A stretch of 64,000 nt of DNA from Candidatus Hadarchaeota archaeon (GCA_964474885.1 CAYYWO010000002.1:67358-131357), one strand, 5' to 3'; shown: positions 39,619 to 49,600, counted from the stretch's first letter. The notes: generated by a model not told the origin, from the letters alone. Made by a program: numbers and translations.

Positions 39619-40290
39619 ATGAGATTTTTCGGCAAGAAGGAGAAGAATGCGTTCGAGATCCTACAAGAGGCCTGCAAGAGGTTGAAGGAGATGGGTGCTG
39701 GCTGCGAGAGATTGATCTCTGCCTTCTTCGAAGAAGGGGACCTGAAGCATGCCGAGGGGATAGGTGACGAAATAATGAACTTGGAGTCGAGAGCTGATGA
39801 AGACAGAAGGACTTTCATCCAGAAACTGTATGACGGTGCCTTCCACCCCACCTGGCGGGGGGACCTAGTGGATCTGGCCGAAAGGCTGGACAAGGTAGCC
39901 GATTCGATCGAGGACGTCGCAAGCTTGCTACTTCTCAGGGAGAAGCTATTCCGAAAGCTCGGAGGGAAAAGAAGACAAGTCGGGAAAGGACTGAAAAAGC
40001 TTGCAAAAACCTGCACACAAACCGTTCAGGCTTTAACCGAGGCCATCGAATTTTTACGCTCAGATCTCCACAGGGCTGTGCTCAAAACTCACGAGGTCCA
40101 AGAACTCGAAAAGAAGGCCGATCTCCTCGAGAATGAGTTCAGAGCCAGCTTGGAAGCACTGGAGAGCAAGCTGGATCCTCTGAGCATAATTCAGCTGGGA
40201 GAAATTGCGCAGAAATTGGGCGAAATCTGCGATGTAGCAGAGGACACTGGTGATGTCATCTTGAGGTTCGCCTCGGGACTTAGAGGATAA
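39619..40290 (+). CDS. DUF47 / PhoU-like phosphate transport regulator
   Basis: LESRAD, RGDLVDLAERLDKVAD, LEKKAD, ICDVAED. Confidence 0.85.
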   Translation: MRFFGKKEKNAFEILQEACKRLKEMGAGCERLISAFFEEGDLKHAEGIGDEIMNLESRADEDRRTFIQKLYDGAFHPTWRGDLVDLAERLDKVADSIEDVASLLLLREKLFRKLGGKRRQVGKGLKKLAKTCTQTVQALTEAIEFLRSDLHRAVLKTHEVQELEKKADLLENEFRASLEALESKLDPLSIIQLGEIAQKLGEICDVAEDTGDVILRFASGLRG

Positions 40291-41233
40291 CCAGAGAGCA
40301 AGAGAGCGAAATCAGGAGACCTAGAAGGGGGGCAAGTACCCAGGCAACCAGAATTCTTTTGACGGTCCTTGCGCTGACCGCGGTCACTCCCTTAGACAAA
40401 CCGACTCCAATCACCGAACCGACTAGTGCCTGAGTCATGGAGACAGGAAGGCCGAACTGAACGAAGGACCAGACCGTCAGAGCAGCGGCAAACTGAGCCG
40501 GAAAGGCCGTGAACAGATCGAGAGAAGTGACGCCCGCCCCCACTGTCAGAACCACTCTCCAGCTGAGAAGCAGGGCCCCGAGGGCCATCATCAGGCTCAC
40601 TAGAAAGGCGAACGGGATACCGGAACCTACTGCCGTCGCAAGCCCCAACAATGCTCCCCCATCGTTCGCCCCGTTGGCGTATGCCACATATGCCGAAGCA
40701 ACTGGGAGGAAAATCTTGAAAAGCTTATCCAAGCCCAGCATGCTTCGAATACGGACCAAGGCCCGACCGAATATGTTTGCCAGCAAAAAACCCAATGACA
40801 GGGAGATCCCAGGGGCTAGAATCCAGCAAACTAGCATCAGTCGAAGGACGGGAAAGTTCAGCTGTTGCACTCCCACAGTAGCCAGTGCGGCTCCAACCGT
40901 GGAGGCTATCATGGTCTGGGTGGTGGAAACGGGCAAGCCCAACAGAATGAAGATGAAGGAGGACACAACCACCGCAAAACCTATGGGAACGACAAAAGCA
41001 GGGTGAAGTTCAAAGAAAGGGCCTCCGAGGACGAGCTTTTCGGCAACCGTTTCCTGCACCTTCCAACCTTCTAGGAGGACACCAAGGGTCAAAAAGCATG
41101 CAGCAAAGACGAGAGCTTTTCTGAGGGTGAAAAGTTTCCCGCCCACTAGCGTGGAGATCGAATTGCACGTGTCTCCGGCCCCTATGCACAGAGCTAGTGC
41201 GAGCAGAATCAGGAGAAGCATGTTTAACTTCAA
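40280..41233 (-). CDS. PiT-family inorganic phosphate transporter
   Basis: GAGDTCN and NGANDG signatures, GLPVSTTQ, PVSMTQ. Confidence 0.85.
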   Translation of the reverse strand: MKLNMLLLILLALALCIGAGDTCNSISTLVGGKLFTLRKALVFAACFLTLGVLLEGWKVQETVAEKLVLGGPFFELHPAFVVPIGFAVVVSSFIFILLGLPVSTTQTMIASTVGAALATVGVQQLNFPVLRLMLVCWILAPGISLSLGFLLANIFGRALVRIRSMLGLDKLFKIFLPVASAYVAYANGANDGGALLGLATAVGSGIPFAFLVSLMMALGALLLSWRVVLTVGAGVTSLDLFTAFPAQFAAALTVWSFVQFGLPVSMTQALVGSVIGVGLSKGVTAVSARTVKRILVAWVLAPLLGLLISLSCSLVIL

Positions 41234-41248
41234 ACGCTGACGCCAGAA

Positions 41249-42139
41249 ATGAACTCTGTACTGGTGGTTCTGTCATCCCTAGTACCGATCGGGTTGGGTT
41301 GGCTGATGCAAAAATTTCGCCCAGCCGACCGTTTCTTCAACATACTCAAGGTACTGTCCGTCTGGGTCATACTTCCACTGATAGCTTTCATGTACGTTGG
41401 TGGGCTGACCCCCAGAGAGATAGGTGCAAAATCGGGTTCGGTCGTTCTAGCCGCCATCGCAAGCTCAACCTGTTTTTTCGTCACAATACCTTTCACGCTG
41501 AAGCTACCGAGAGAAGAAGGTGCTGCCCTCCTTCTAAATTCCTCTTTTGGAAACGTGGGGCATCTAGGCCTCCCCATCGTGTTTCTTAAGTTCGGGCCGA
41601 GCGCCATGCCGGCTGCCGTGCTGTACTCAGTGACGGTTGCCATTCTCAATCTGTTCATGGGTACCCTCCTTCTGCATTTACTCCTCTCGACAAAACTCCG
41701 ATTCATTTTCGTCCAGACTTTGACCTTCCCTGCTCTGGTCCTTCTCCTCGTTGCCGTCGGCATGGTTTATGCCGGGGCACCTGTTCCCCCCAGCATGGTT
41801 AACTTCTTCAGCTGCTGGATTTTCCCCGTCTTTGGCTTCCTGCTGTTGCTCCAAGTTGGTTACTACCTACGCTTCCCACTGGCAGGCAGATATGCACTTC
41901 ACCTACCTCTCGTTGGCTCGATGAGATTCGTCCTCTCTCCCTTGACAACACTGGCCCTCGCTGAACTCCTGGGCTTGCACACTTCACCTATCTTAGGACC
42001 TGCTCTCGTGCTCTCCGCAACGCCCCCTGCCGTGTTCAACATGATCCTAGCCCAGCTGCTTGGATTGGACTCCAGACCTTACTCATTGACCTTCTTCTCA
42101 TTGACGCTCGTCTCACTACCCATCCTCTGGCTCCTCTGA
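41249..42139 (+). CDS. AEC (auxin efflux carrier-like) membrane transporter
   Basis: About 10 TM segments, FGNVGHLGLPI, ATPPAV. Confidence 0.8.
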   Translation: MNSVLVVLSSLVPIGLGWLMQKFRPADRFFNILKVLSVWVILPLIAFMYVGGLTPREIGAKSGSVVLAAIASSTCFFVTIPFTLKLPREEGAALLLNSSFGNVGHLGLPIVFLKFGPSAMPAAVLYSVTVAILNLFMGTLLLHLLLSTKLRFIFVQTLTFPALVLLLVAVGMVYAGAPVPPSMVNFFSCWIFPVFGFLLLLQVGYYLRFPLAGRYALHLPLVGSMRFVLSPLTTLALAELLGLHTSPILGPALVLSATPPAVFNMILAQLLGLDSRPYSLTFFSLTLVSLPILWLL

Positions 42140-43602
42140 ACTGGTACACCAACTTCTTGGAACTTCCTTCTGCCCGAGAGCAGGTCGGAGACTACGGATA
42201 TCAGGTCCCCCTTTACCCTGACCTGGAGGGCTGTGTCTCTATCCCTTATTGTTACGCTACCATCCTTAAGGGAATCATAGTCTATCGTTATGCAGTAGGG
42301 CACCCCTGCCTCATCTGCTCTCATGTACCTCCTGCCGATCGATCCTGACTCGTCGTACTCACAGTGAAAAGCTGTGCGCAACTGCCGGAAAATCTCCCTC
42401 GCTTTTTCAGGTAACCCATCCTTGGAGACAAGTGGGAGCACACAGAGCTTCACCGGTGCAAGTTGCGGCTTCAATGCAAGGACCTTTCTTCCATTCACTT
42501 TTTTGAATGAATGCTCCAGCAGGCAATAAAAAATGCGATCTATGCCAAACGAGGGCTCAACGACGTGAGGGTAGATCTTCCTTCCATCAATAGTGACGGA
42601 GAGATCCTCCCCACTGTGCGAGGAATGTCTGCTCAGGTCGTAATCGGTTCTGTACGCTATGCCCGCCACTTCCACCCACCCGAACTGTCGGGTTTCCACC
42701 TCCATATCCCAAGTTTCCGCTGAGTAGTGGGCCCTCTCGGCTGGAGGTTGCTCCCTGAACCTTATCCTGTCCTCCGGGATCCCTATCCGGATCAAGAACC
42801 TCTTGGCGAGAGCCATGTGGTAGGCCATCATCTCATTGCAAACTCTATCAAGCGCCTCCCCAGCTCTCAACTCTACTTCCTCCCCATTGGCACAGTGAAG
42901 TTTGAGCCATTCTCCTTTCAGCTGATCAAACGTGGGCGGTCTGGGATGCTCGGGGTCGAAGAATACTTCTACCTCCGCCATAGTGAACTCCCTTAACCTG
43001 ATGAGCCCCTGCCTGGGAGATATCTCGTTCCTGTAGCCCTTCCCTACTGTTGCAACGGCCAGAGGCAGCTTCCCCCTCCCCTGCCTGAAGAGTCTCCTAA
43101 AAGCTATGAAGATCTGCTGGGCCGTTTCCGGGCGGAGAAACCCTGCCTGCTTCATCTTGGGCCCTATGCTGGTCTGGAACATTATGTTGAAGTCTGAAAG
43201 GGTGTAGGAGTCCGAACCACAGTTAGGGCATGTGAGCTTTTTGGAGGCCAAGAACCTCTCCAGCTCCTCCCTAGACATGCCCTCAACAGACAAAGCAAAG
43301 CGATCCTTCACGAGATCCGAGAGCCTGAAGCTCTCCCCGCATGAGGAGCACGTCCACATCAGATCTGTAAAATGATTCACGTGTCCGCTCGCCTTTAAGA
43401 CCTCAAATGGTACCACAGTAGGTGTCTCGAGAAGCAGGCTACCCTCCTCCTGCACGTAGTGCTTTTTCCACTCGGAGATCAGGTTGTCCCGAAGGAGGGC
43501 ACCCAACGGCCCGAAATCATAGAATCCAGCAACACCACCGTAGATCTCGAAAGATGGCCAAACAAAACCTCTGCGTTTGAGCAGCTCAAGTAGCTCTTCC
43601 AT
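42079..43602 (-). CDS. glyS: Glycyl-tRNA synthetase (alpha2, archaeal/eukaryotic type)
   Basis: YDFGPLG, ASGHV..F.D, LRPETAQ, RNEISPRQGLIRLREF, EPSFGIDR. Confidence 0.95.
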   Translation of the reverse strand: MEELLELLKRRGFVWPSFEIYGGVAGFYDFGPLGALLRDNLISEWKKHYVQEEGSLLLETPTVVPFEVLKASGHVNHFTDLMWTCSSCGESFRLSDLVKDRFALSVEGMSREELERFLASKKLTCPNCGSDSYTLSDFNIMFQTSIGPKMKQAGFLRPETAQQIFIAFRRLFRQGRGKLPLAVATVGKGYRNEISPRQGLIRLREFTMAEVEVFFDPEHPRPPTFDQLKGEWLKLHCANGEEVELRAGEALDRVCNEMMAYHMALAKRFLIRIGIPEDRIRFREQPPAERAHYSAETWDMEVETRQFGWVEVAGIAYRTDYDLSRHSSHSGEDLSVTIDGRKIYPHVVEPSFGIDRIFYCLLEHSFKKVNGRKVLALKPQLAPVKLCVLPLVSKDGLPEKAREIFRQLRTAFHCEYDESGSIGRRYMRADEAGVPYCITIDYDSLKDGSVTIRDRDTALQVRVKGDLISVVSDLLSGRRKFQEVGVPVQRSQRMGSETSVNEKKVNE

Positions 43603-43618
43603 TCATCCTTGAAATGAA

Positions 43619-44452
43619 CTATAGAAGAGCTTTCAACAGGTCTATATCGTAGATCATGCCAGTCAAGCGCCCCTCGGGGGTCACCACAGGCAGCTGCTCT
43701 ATTTTGTGTTTCTTCATCAGTCTGGCGCATTCCGTTACAGAGGCCCCCCTAGTCACTGTGATCGCTTCCCTAGTCATCACATCGGAGATCTTCTTTTCCG
43801 GCACCCTCAGAATCTTCTTAGTTATGTAGATCCTGTCCTCGGTATCCCACGCCCAGGTATCTCCCTCGGTCTTACCCCTCATCTGACTCATGCTGGAGCT
43901 GGTCTCGACCTCGCACACCTTTATTATATCAAAATCGTCTACTACACCAACCAGCTCCCCCCGCTCGTTTATCACAGGAAGTGCCCTCAACCCCGCCAGA
44001 GACATTATTTCAACTGCTGCTCCGAGAGGGGTACCCTCCCAGATGGCCATGAGGTTTTTTCTCATGAAGTCGGATACTGGTCGATCTATCTCCCGCTCAC
44101 ACAAAACGCGGTAGACTATATCCTTGACTGTGATCATGCCCACCAGCTTCCCTTCTTGGATCACAGGAATCCTCCTCTGCCCGTGCTCGATGATCTTCCT
44201 GACGCAGGCTTCCAGCTCCTCGTCCGGTGAAACCGTTTGGACTTCCCTCTCCACCAGCATGGCCAACTGCTCCTCGTCCGGTTTTTCGAAGAGATCCCGG
44301 AGGGACACCATGCCAACGAACTCCCCCGATTCACTCCTTACCACTGGGATGGCGCTTACGTTCAGCGTTTTGAGCAGATCGAGGGCCTCCTCCCTAGTTC
44401 CAGGGAGCTCTGCCCATTTGACATTGCTCGTCATGACCTCACAAACCTTCAT
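43619..44452 (-). CDS. Tandem CBS-domain protein (4 CBS)
   Basis: Repeated VMT..V, IPV/LPV, G.LVG units. Confidence 0.88.
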   Translation of the reverse strand: MKVCEVMTSNVKWAELPGTREEALDLLKTLNVSAIPVVRSESGEFVGMVSLRDLFEKPDEEQLAMLVEREVQTVSPDEELEACVRKIIEHGQRRIPVIQEGKLVGMITVKDIVYRVLCEREIDRPVSDFMRKNLMAIWEGTPLGAAVEIMSLAGLRALPVINERGELVGVVDDFDIIKVCEVETSSSMSQMRGKTEGDTWAWDTEDRIYITKKILRVPEKKISDVMTREAITVTRGASVTECARLMKKHKIEQLPVVTPEGRLTGMIYDIDLLKALL

Positions 44453-44498
44453 CTTGAATAGTAACGGGAGCCCTTTTTATTGCATTGAAAAGATTTTT

Positions 44499-45161
44499 AT
44501 GCGACTGGATCCCAAAGTAACCCAAAAATTCCCCGGCTTCTGCGTAGGTTACGGGCATGTGAGTGGGGTGACAGTGGAGAAGGAGGTCCAGCCCCTCCTT
44601 GAGAAGAGGCAGGAAATATGCACCGAAATCAAGCGGAAGTACGGGGAGGTCGAGGTATCCCAAATACCCGAGATAAGGCTCCACAGGGACTTCTTCAAGG
44701 CGATGGGAGTAGACCCTTCCAGTTCAAGACCGGCACCGGAATACCTGCTCCGGAGGGCTCTGGAGGACAGGTTCCCCAGCATAAACAACGTCGTAGATTG
44801 TTGCCTCCTTGTCTCCCTGCAGCACATGGTCTCGACGGGGGCTTACGATCTGAAAAACGTGACCGGGCAGGTCATCACCACGCTGGCAGAGCAGGAACAG
44901 GAGCTAAGCCTCATAGATGGAAGAAAGGCAACTGTGAAAGAGGGGGAGGTCGTGCTGAGAGACGAGAGGAAAATACTTGCGGGCATAGCCACAGGAGACA
45001 GCAAATCCGCCGCGGTCACTTACAAAACCTCCGACGTTCTGGTCGTCGTCTGGAACGCCCCCGGTATAGGCAGGGAGAAAGTGGAAAAGGCCTTGGCCGA
45101 TGCGACGGCCTTCCTGAGGAAATATTGTGGCGGACACGTAGAGAAAACCTGCGTGCTCTAG
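44499..45161 (+). CDS. Stand-alone B3/B4 domain protein (PheT editing-domain-like)
   Basis: RPAPEYLLRR, PSINNVVD, GAYDL, GEVVLRD; start ATG 44499. Confidence 0.8.
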   Translation: MRLDPKVTQKFPGFCVGYGHVSGVTVEKEVQPLLEKRQEICTEIKRKYGEVEVSQIPEIRLHRDFFKAMGVDPSSSRPAPEYLLRRALEDRFPSINNVVDCCLLVSLQHMVSTGAYDLKNVTGQVITTLAEQEQELSLIDGRKATVKEGEVVLRDERKILAGIATGDSKSAAVTYKTSDVLVVVWNAPGIGREKVEKALADATAFLRKYCGGHVEKTCVL

Positions 45162-45631
45162 ATCCCTCGCCTGACCTTAACGGCTACCCCGTAGTCGAAG
45201 GCCTTCATCTCCTCTCCTGTCAGGACGGCGCTACCCGTTGCGATCAGCCTGTCCCTAGAATCCACGACCAACACCTCCTCGGCCGGTCTGATCTCCGGAT
45301 CGGCCTCCAGAACGTGCTTGCTGAAGACATCCCTACCCCTGCTGACGAAAGGGACTGCCTCATCCACGATCACCACCCTGAGCCTGGGGAACTTCAAGAA
45401 GGAGTGGACACGGAGCGCCCCCTCCTTTCCAAGCGTTATCAGGCTGTCGTTGGCCCTGACGGAGCACAGATGCCTGTCTTCAACCCATACTTGCCTTATC
45501 TTGCCGCCCTTCCCCTTTATCAACCTCAGTTCGCCCTGAAAGAGTACTTCGCCTACCCCCTCGCCAAATTGGTAATCTGCCATAGCCCTTAGCTTTCTCA
45601 ATTCCTTCTCAGTGGGGGGAGACCCTCGCAT
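45158..45631 (-). CDS. PUA-domain protein resembling the archaeosine TGT C-terminus
   Basis: ADYQFG, TLGKEGA, GRDVFSKHV, EEVLVVD, GVAVKVR. Confidence 0.8.
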   Translation of the reverse strand: MRGSPPTEKELRKLRAMADYQFGEGVGEVLFQGELRLIKGKGGKIRQVWVEDRHLCSVRANDSLITLGKEGALRVHSFLKFPRLRVVIVDEAVPFVSRGRDVFSKHVLEADPEIRPAEEVLVVDSRDRLIATGSAVLTGEEMKAFDYGVAVKVRRGI

Positions 45632-46382
45632 CGATGACCACATGAAAGACACCGGGTGAATACTTCTTGACCACCCTTTTCTCCAAAATTTGGACCTTTC
45701 TCTCTCCTGCTGCTTCCACGATCCTCTTCACAGGTCTCTCGAACCTAAGCCTCTCCGGGACTGTCTCATGGTAGTGGATTATGCCTCCCGAGGGCTTCAG
45801 GATCTGCATCGCGAGCGGGAGATAAACGCATGACAGGTGTAGGAGACCCATGATGACTCTGTCCGCCACGCCCAGGGGTGCGACTTTTTCGCAATCCCCT
45901 AGCAGGGGGATCACCTTATGCCCAACCCTGTTGATGCGCACGTTCTCGCAGAGGTAGCGGTAGGCAACGGGATTCAGCTCGATGGCATAAACCTTGGAGG
46001 GGTTTGCATGCTTGGAGATGGGGATTGCGAACTGCCCCACGCCGGCGAACATATCAACCACCACCTCACCCTCCCGTACCAGTTTCGGAATCCTCATGCG
46101 CTCGTAAAGATTTCCCGTCGAGAATAGAACTTGGGACACATCCAACTTGAAGAGACAGCCGTTCTCCTTGTGGACGGTCTCCGTCCCATCGCCTGCAAGA
46201 TGCTCGACAACCGGAACCCGTAGCCTGCCTTGGGTGCCCCTCCACTCGACCACGGTTTTCACGCCTGCCCTTTGGAGGATTTGCCTCGCAGCGCTTCTCT
46301 TATCGCCCGTAAACCCCGGTGGAAAACGCAGGATCGCAACGTCCCCCAGGAGTCTGTACTTGAAATCAGGTCTTGCCGACAA
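45609..46382 (-). CDS. Trm5/Taw2-family tRNA modification SAM-dependent transferase
   Basis: HKENGC, ERMRI, VDMFAGVGQF, IELNP, ADRVIMG, GGIIHYH. Confidence 0.85.
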   Translation of the reverse strand: MSARPDFKYRLLGDVAILRFPPGFTGDKRSAARQILQRAGVKTVVEWRGTQGRLRVPVVEHLAGDGTETVHKENGCLFKLDVSQVLFSTGNLYERMRIPKLVREGEVVVDMFAGVGQFAIPISKHANPSKVYAIELNPVAYRYLCENVRINRVGHKVIPLLGDCEKVAPLGVADRVIMGLLHLSCVYLPLAMQILKPSGGIIHYHETVPERLRFERPVKRIVEAAGERKVQILEKRVVKKYSPGVFHVVIDARVSPH

Positions 46383-47748
46383 GGCCCAGGGCCTTCAATA
46401 CTTTTTTGAGCTGGTTGTTCACATCCCTTTGAGCCGGTTTCCTTGCGTACAAGATCTTCGCCCCAGCCATGTTCTGGTGCCCTCCTCCCCTCTCCCCGAA
46501 GACTTCTGAGAAAATCCGACCGAGATGCAAGGAAGTGTCCTTTGTCCTGCCCGAGATCCTGACCGCCCTCTCCACGATGCCTCCCACCAGAACCGTTTGG
46601 ATCCCCTCTAACTTGATGAAGAACTCCGCTACTTGGGATACGGTGTCCTCTTCCTCAACCTGACCGACCGAGGTCATGAGGCACGGCCCCACCGTTTTGG
46701 CCTTCTTCATGGCAGTTGAAAGCGACCTGAATGTCTTCCAAGAATACACGGGCGTCTCCAGAGCTGTAAGAAGCTCCCTGTCCGCCTTTTCTCTGAGCGC
46801 CGTGTACACCTCGACATCCATCGGTGTGGCGCGGGTCAGGTAACCCGTATCAGTGAGGATGCCCACCACGAGTGCGGCAGCCAGCAGGGGGTCGATGGAG
46901 ATGTTCGCGAAGTTCAAACAGTTCGCCAAGAGGGTAGAGCAGGCACCCACCCTCTCGATATTGACGAGCCTCGCTGTCACCTCCGCGGACGGAACGGCAT
47001 GGTGGTCTATTATGATGGTCGGCTCCCTGTCCCTAGGGAGGGCGCAGTAAGCCCTTGAGGCGACATCCACCAATGCAATGGGCCAGAACTTGTCGAAATC
47101 TATCTCCTCCACCCTCACCAAATCCACCCCCAGCCTGTTGCAGAGCACCCTGTTCTGGAAGTACCCGATCTCTCCGTCGTAGGCTATCACGGAGTCGTAG
47201 TCGAAGGTCTTTGCATAGGTCTTGAGAGCGATCGCGCTCGCCAAGGCATCGGGGTCGGGATTCGTATGGGTCAGAATGAGCATTTTGCCCCCAGGGTTTT
47301 CCGTCAGCAAAGTCCTCAGGTTCCGCTCAAATTGCCTTTGCTTGGCCTTTTGAAACTCCTTTACCAGCTCCGCACCTAGAGCCTGGGAGACTCCTATAAC
47401 ACTGCTGGCACCCATTGTTCTGAAATCCTGCTCCAGCATCTTGTCTGGCACCAAGGCCAAGATCGTTACGTCTTTCTTAAGTTCCCGCTTGAGTCTTGTC
47501 ACGGTCCTGAGGATTGACAGGGTGTCCTTTAGGTCGAAGTAAGAGATGAGCACACCATCGGCCCTTTCGATTCCAGCCTCCTGCAAGACCAGCGGATCCC
47601 TCGGATCCCCCACTTTCACCTCCCAACCGCTCAACTCCACCACCCTTGGATTCGCATCAACTATTACCACTTCCTCCCCTTGCCCCCTGAGATATCTAGC
47701 CACCTCGTAGGACAAGTCATTGCAACCCAGCAGAAGGTACATCATCAC
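46366..47748 (-). CDS. RCK_N (TrkA-N) + DHH/DHHA1 phosphoesterase
   Basis: N-terminal GDPRDP..LQEAGIERAD; HTNPDPDA, IDHH, TDT, GGGH. Confidence 0.82.
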   Translation of the reverse strand: MMMYLLLGCNDLSYEVARYLRGQGEEVVIVDANPRVVELSGWEVKVGDPRDPLVLQEAGIERADGVLISYFDLKDTLSILRTVTRLKRELKKDVTILALVPDKMLEQDFRTMGASSVIGVSQALGAELVKEFQKAKQRQFERNLRTLLTENPGGKMLILTHTNPDPDALASAIALKTYAKTFDYDSVIAYDGEIGYFQNRVLCNRLGVDLVRVEEIDFDKFWPIALVDVASRAYCALPRDREPTIIIDHHAVPSAEVTARLVNIERVGACSTLLANCLNFANISIDPLLAAALVVGILTDTGYLTRATPMDVEVYTALREKADRELLTALETPVYSWKTFRSLSTAMKKAKTVGPCLMTSVGQVEEEDTVSQVAEFFIKLEGIQTVLVGGIVERAVRISGRTKDTSLHLGRIFSEVFGERGGGHQNMAGAKILYARKPAQRDVNNQLKKVLKALGLVGKT

Positions 47749-47763
47749 CTTATAATGTCTTAT

Positions 47764-48744
47764 TTAGGCTTGCTTGGGCAGGAGATGTTCAAAAAGTTTA
47801 TTTATCAGCCAGCCTTTGGCCTCCTCAAAGGGGACTTCTCCCGTGAAGCTGGCTGCTCCAGGATGCCCGCCTCCCGTCCCGTTGAAACAGTTCGCAAGCT
47901 GGATCATGAGATCTCCCAAGTGCAAACGTGTCTTGTCGCATACACCCGGTCTAGCCCTAGCGGAGATCTTTATCCTCTCCCCGTTCTCTGAACCCACGAA
48001 TGCCAGATCAGCTCCCAGCTTGAGCAAAGCCACAGCCGCATCCGCCTCAAAAGACCCGACCTTTGAGAACAGTACGAGGTACCCTCTTATCTCCTGCATC
48101 TCCGCCCTCTTAGCAGCCTTTATCATGGCGATCCTCCTCGATATGTCCTCTGGATGCTTCGTGATCTCCAAGGCCTTCTTGTAATCCGCTCCCAGCTTGA
48201 TCAGTCTGACTATGTTCTCGAATGTCTTGTTCCTTGCGAGCCTCAAATCCGCTGTATCCGTCAAAATACCGGCCAGCAAAAGGGTTGCCTGATCCGGCGT
48301 CGGTTTGACACCCATGAGCTCAAGGAGGTCCAGCATCAACTCGGCCTCCGAGGTGGACTCCTCATCTATGAAGCAAAGCGAGGTGTGTTTCCGCATATCT
48401 GGAACTGGACGATGATGGTCGATCATTATCACCTTCCTCCCGGCTATCCTACCACAAAGCTGAGGACCCAAGTGCTCAAGGCTCGAAGTATCAACTAGCA
48501 CTATCTCATCCGCCTCGAGGGACGGGTTCACATGTATCTGCCTTCCCATTTCGGAGAGAACCTGCCCAGCAAGCTTGCTCACACTTTCACATCCCGCCCA
48601 GCTCCTCGCACCCAGCTGGCTCAGCACTTCGCTGAGCACCACCGCACTCGCAACTCCGTCCACATCTGCGTTGTCGTGACAGAGCACTACAACTCTCCGA
48701 CTATTCTCTGCCAGTTGTTTGAGTCTCTGAGCAATCTCCTGCAT
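47764..48744 (-). CDS. DHH/DHHA1 phosphoesterase
   Basis: HDNADVDG, VDTS, IDHH, GILTDT, GGGHPGAA. Confidence 0.88.
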   Translation of the reverse strand: MQEIAQRLKQLAENSRRVVVLCHDNADVDGVASAVVLSEVLSQLGARSWAGCESVSKLAGQVLSEMGRQIHVNPSLEADEIVLVDTSSLEHLGPQLCGRIAGRKVIMIDHHRPVPDMRKHTSLCFIDEESTSEAELMLDLLELMGVKPTPDQATLLLAGILTDTADLRLARNKTFENIVRLIKLGADYKKALEITKHPEDISRRIAMIKAAKRAEMQEIRGYLVLFSKVGSFEADAAVALLKLGADLAFVGSENGERIKISARARPGVCDKTRLHLGDLMIQLANCFNGTGGGHPGAASFTGEVPFEEAKGWLINKLFEHLLPKQA

Positions 48745-48745
48745 T

Positions 48746-49087
48746 TCACTTCAGCATCGACCGCAACTTTTCTCTTATTTCCTGCAACCTCTCGTTCAAT
48801 CTTTCCTCCTGTCTTGATAGCACCCTGATCCTGAGCTCGAGAGTCTCTTTTTCCTCTTGGAGCTCCTTCTGCACTTCTTCTTTTGGTTTGAGCAGGAACA
48901 ATCTCCCTACAGCTTTGTAAACGGTTGTGCCTTCCTGCAATTTCGAGAGGGCTTCAAGGGCCTGTTCTACCTCGCTCTGTAAAGTCTGTAGCTGGATCCT
49001 CTGCGTCGCTATCGCCCTCGCCTGCTGCTGCACCTGCTGGAACTGCTCCAGCTGGTGCCTAGCTTGGGGGGAGAGTTCCTCACCCAA
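48746..49087 (-). CDS. pfdB: Prefoldin beta subunit
   Basis: Gln-rich coiled coils, VYKAVG hairpin, superoperon position. Confidence 0.92.
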   Translation of the reverse strand: MGEELSPQARHQLEQFQQVQQQARAIATQRIQLQTLQSEVEQALEALSKLQEGTTVYKAVGRLFLLKPKEEVQKELQEEKETLELRIRVLSRQEERLNERLQEIREKLRSMLK

Positions 49088-49304
49088 TCCTAATCACCTC
49101 CTCTATCATTTTCACCCATCGCAACAGAGAATTAAGCATAGCCCTCAGTTCGGAGGGGTTCCTGGCGGATATATCCAAGAGGATCCGACTCCCGCTACAT
49201 GCGATCTCCCCCCTTCCCTGAAGCTCTGGGCTCAGCGCCCTGTAAACCACCTTTGCCAGTGTTTTTTCAGAAAAATCGATTTCTATCTCCGCTTTCGCGC
49301 TCAC
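49080..49304 (-). CDS. pcc1: KEOPS subunit Pcc1
   Basis: ALSPE, ISARNPSELRAMLNSLLRWV; GTG start overlaps the rpoP stop. Confidence 0.85.
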   Translation of the reverse strand: MSAKAEIEIDFSEKTLAKVVYRALSPELQGRGEIACSGSRILLDISARNPSELRAMLNSLLRWVKMIEEVIRIG

Positions 49305-49600
49305 TAGATTGCCCTCACGACTTTTGGTCTGAGAGGCCTCAGTTTGTATAGAGTTTTCCAACCGCAGTGGATGCAGCGGGGACTAAGCAAATCTGCCCTA
49401 GCCTCAGGACTGAAGACCACGTAGGTTCCGCACCCGCTGCACTGTTTCCATCCCTGGGATTTACCTTCCGAATCCAGGGATACCTTGGTCCCGCAAACCC
49501 GGCATTTCAGGGCACCCTGCTTTATCTCTCTCTCCGTAGGAGAGATGAGCACGTAGGTGCTTCCGCAATGCTTACACTTATATCTGCTCCACTCGAACAT
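49304..49600 (-). CDS. rpoP: RNA polymerase subunit P (Rpo12) with an extra N-terminal zinc ribbon, 98 aa
   Basis: C-terminal CIHCGWKTLYKLRP..KVVRAI; position between rpl37ae and pcc1; ATG 49600 overlaps the L37Ae stop. Confidence 0.8.
   Translation of the reverse strand: MFEWSRYKCKHCGSTYVLISPTEREIKQGALKCRVCGTKVSLDSEGKSQGWKQCSGCGTYVVFSPEARADLLSPRCIHCGWKTLYKLRPLRPKVVRAI

Noticed and set aside
39619-41233. DUF47 and PiT genes convergent rather than co-oriented
   Set aside because: A familiar functional pair; orientation alone is unremarkable
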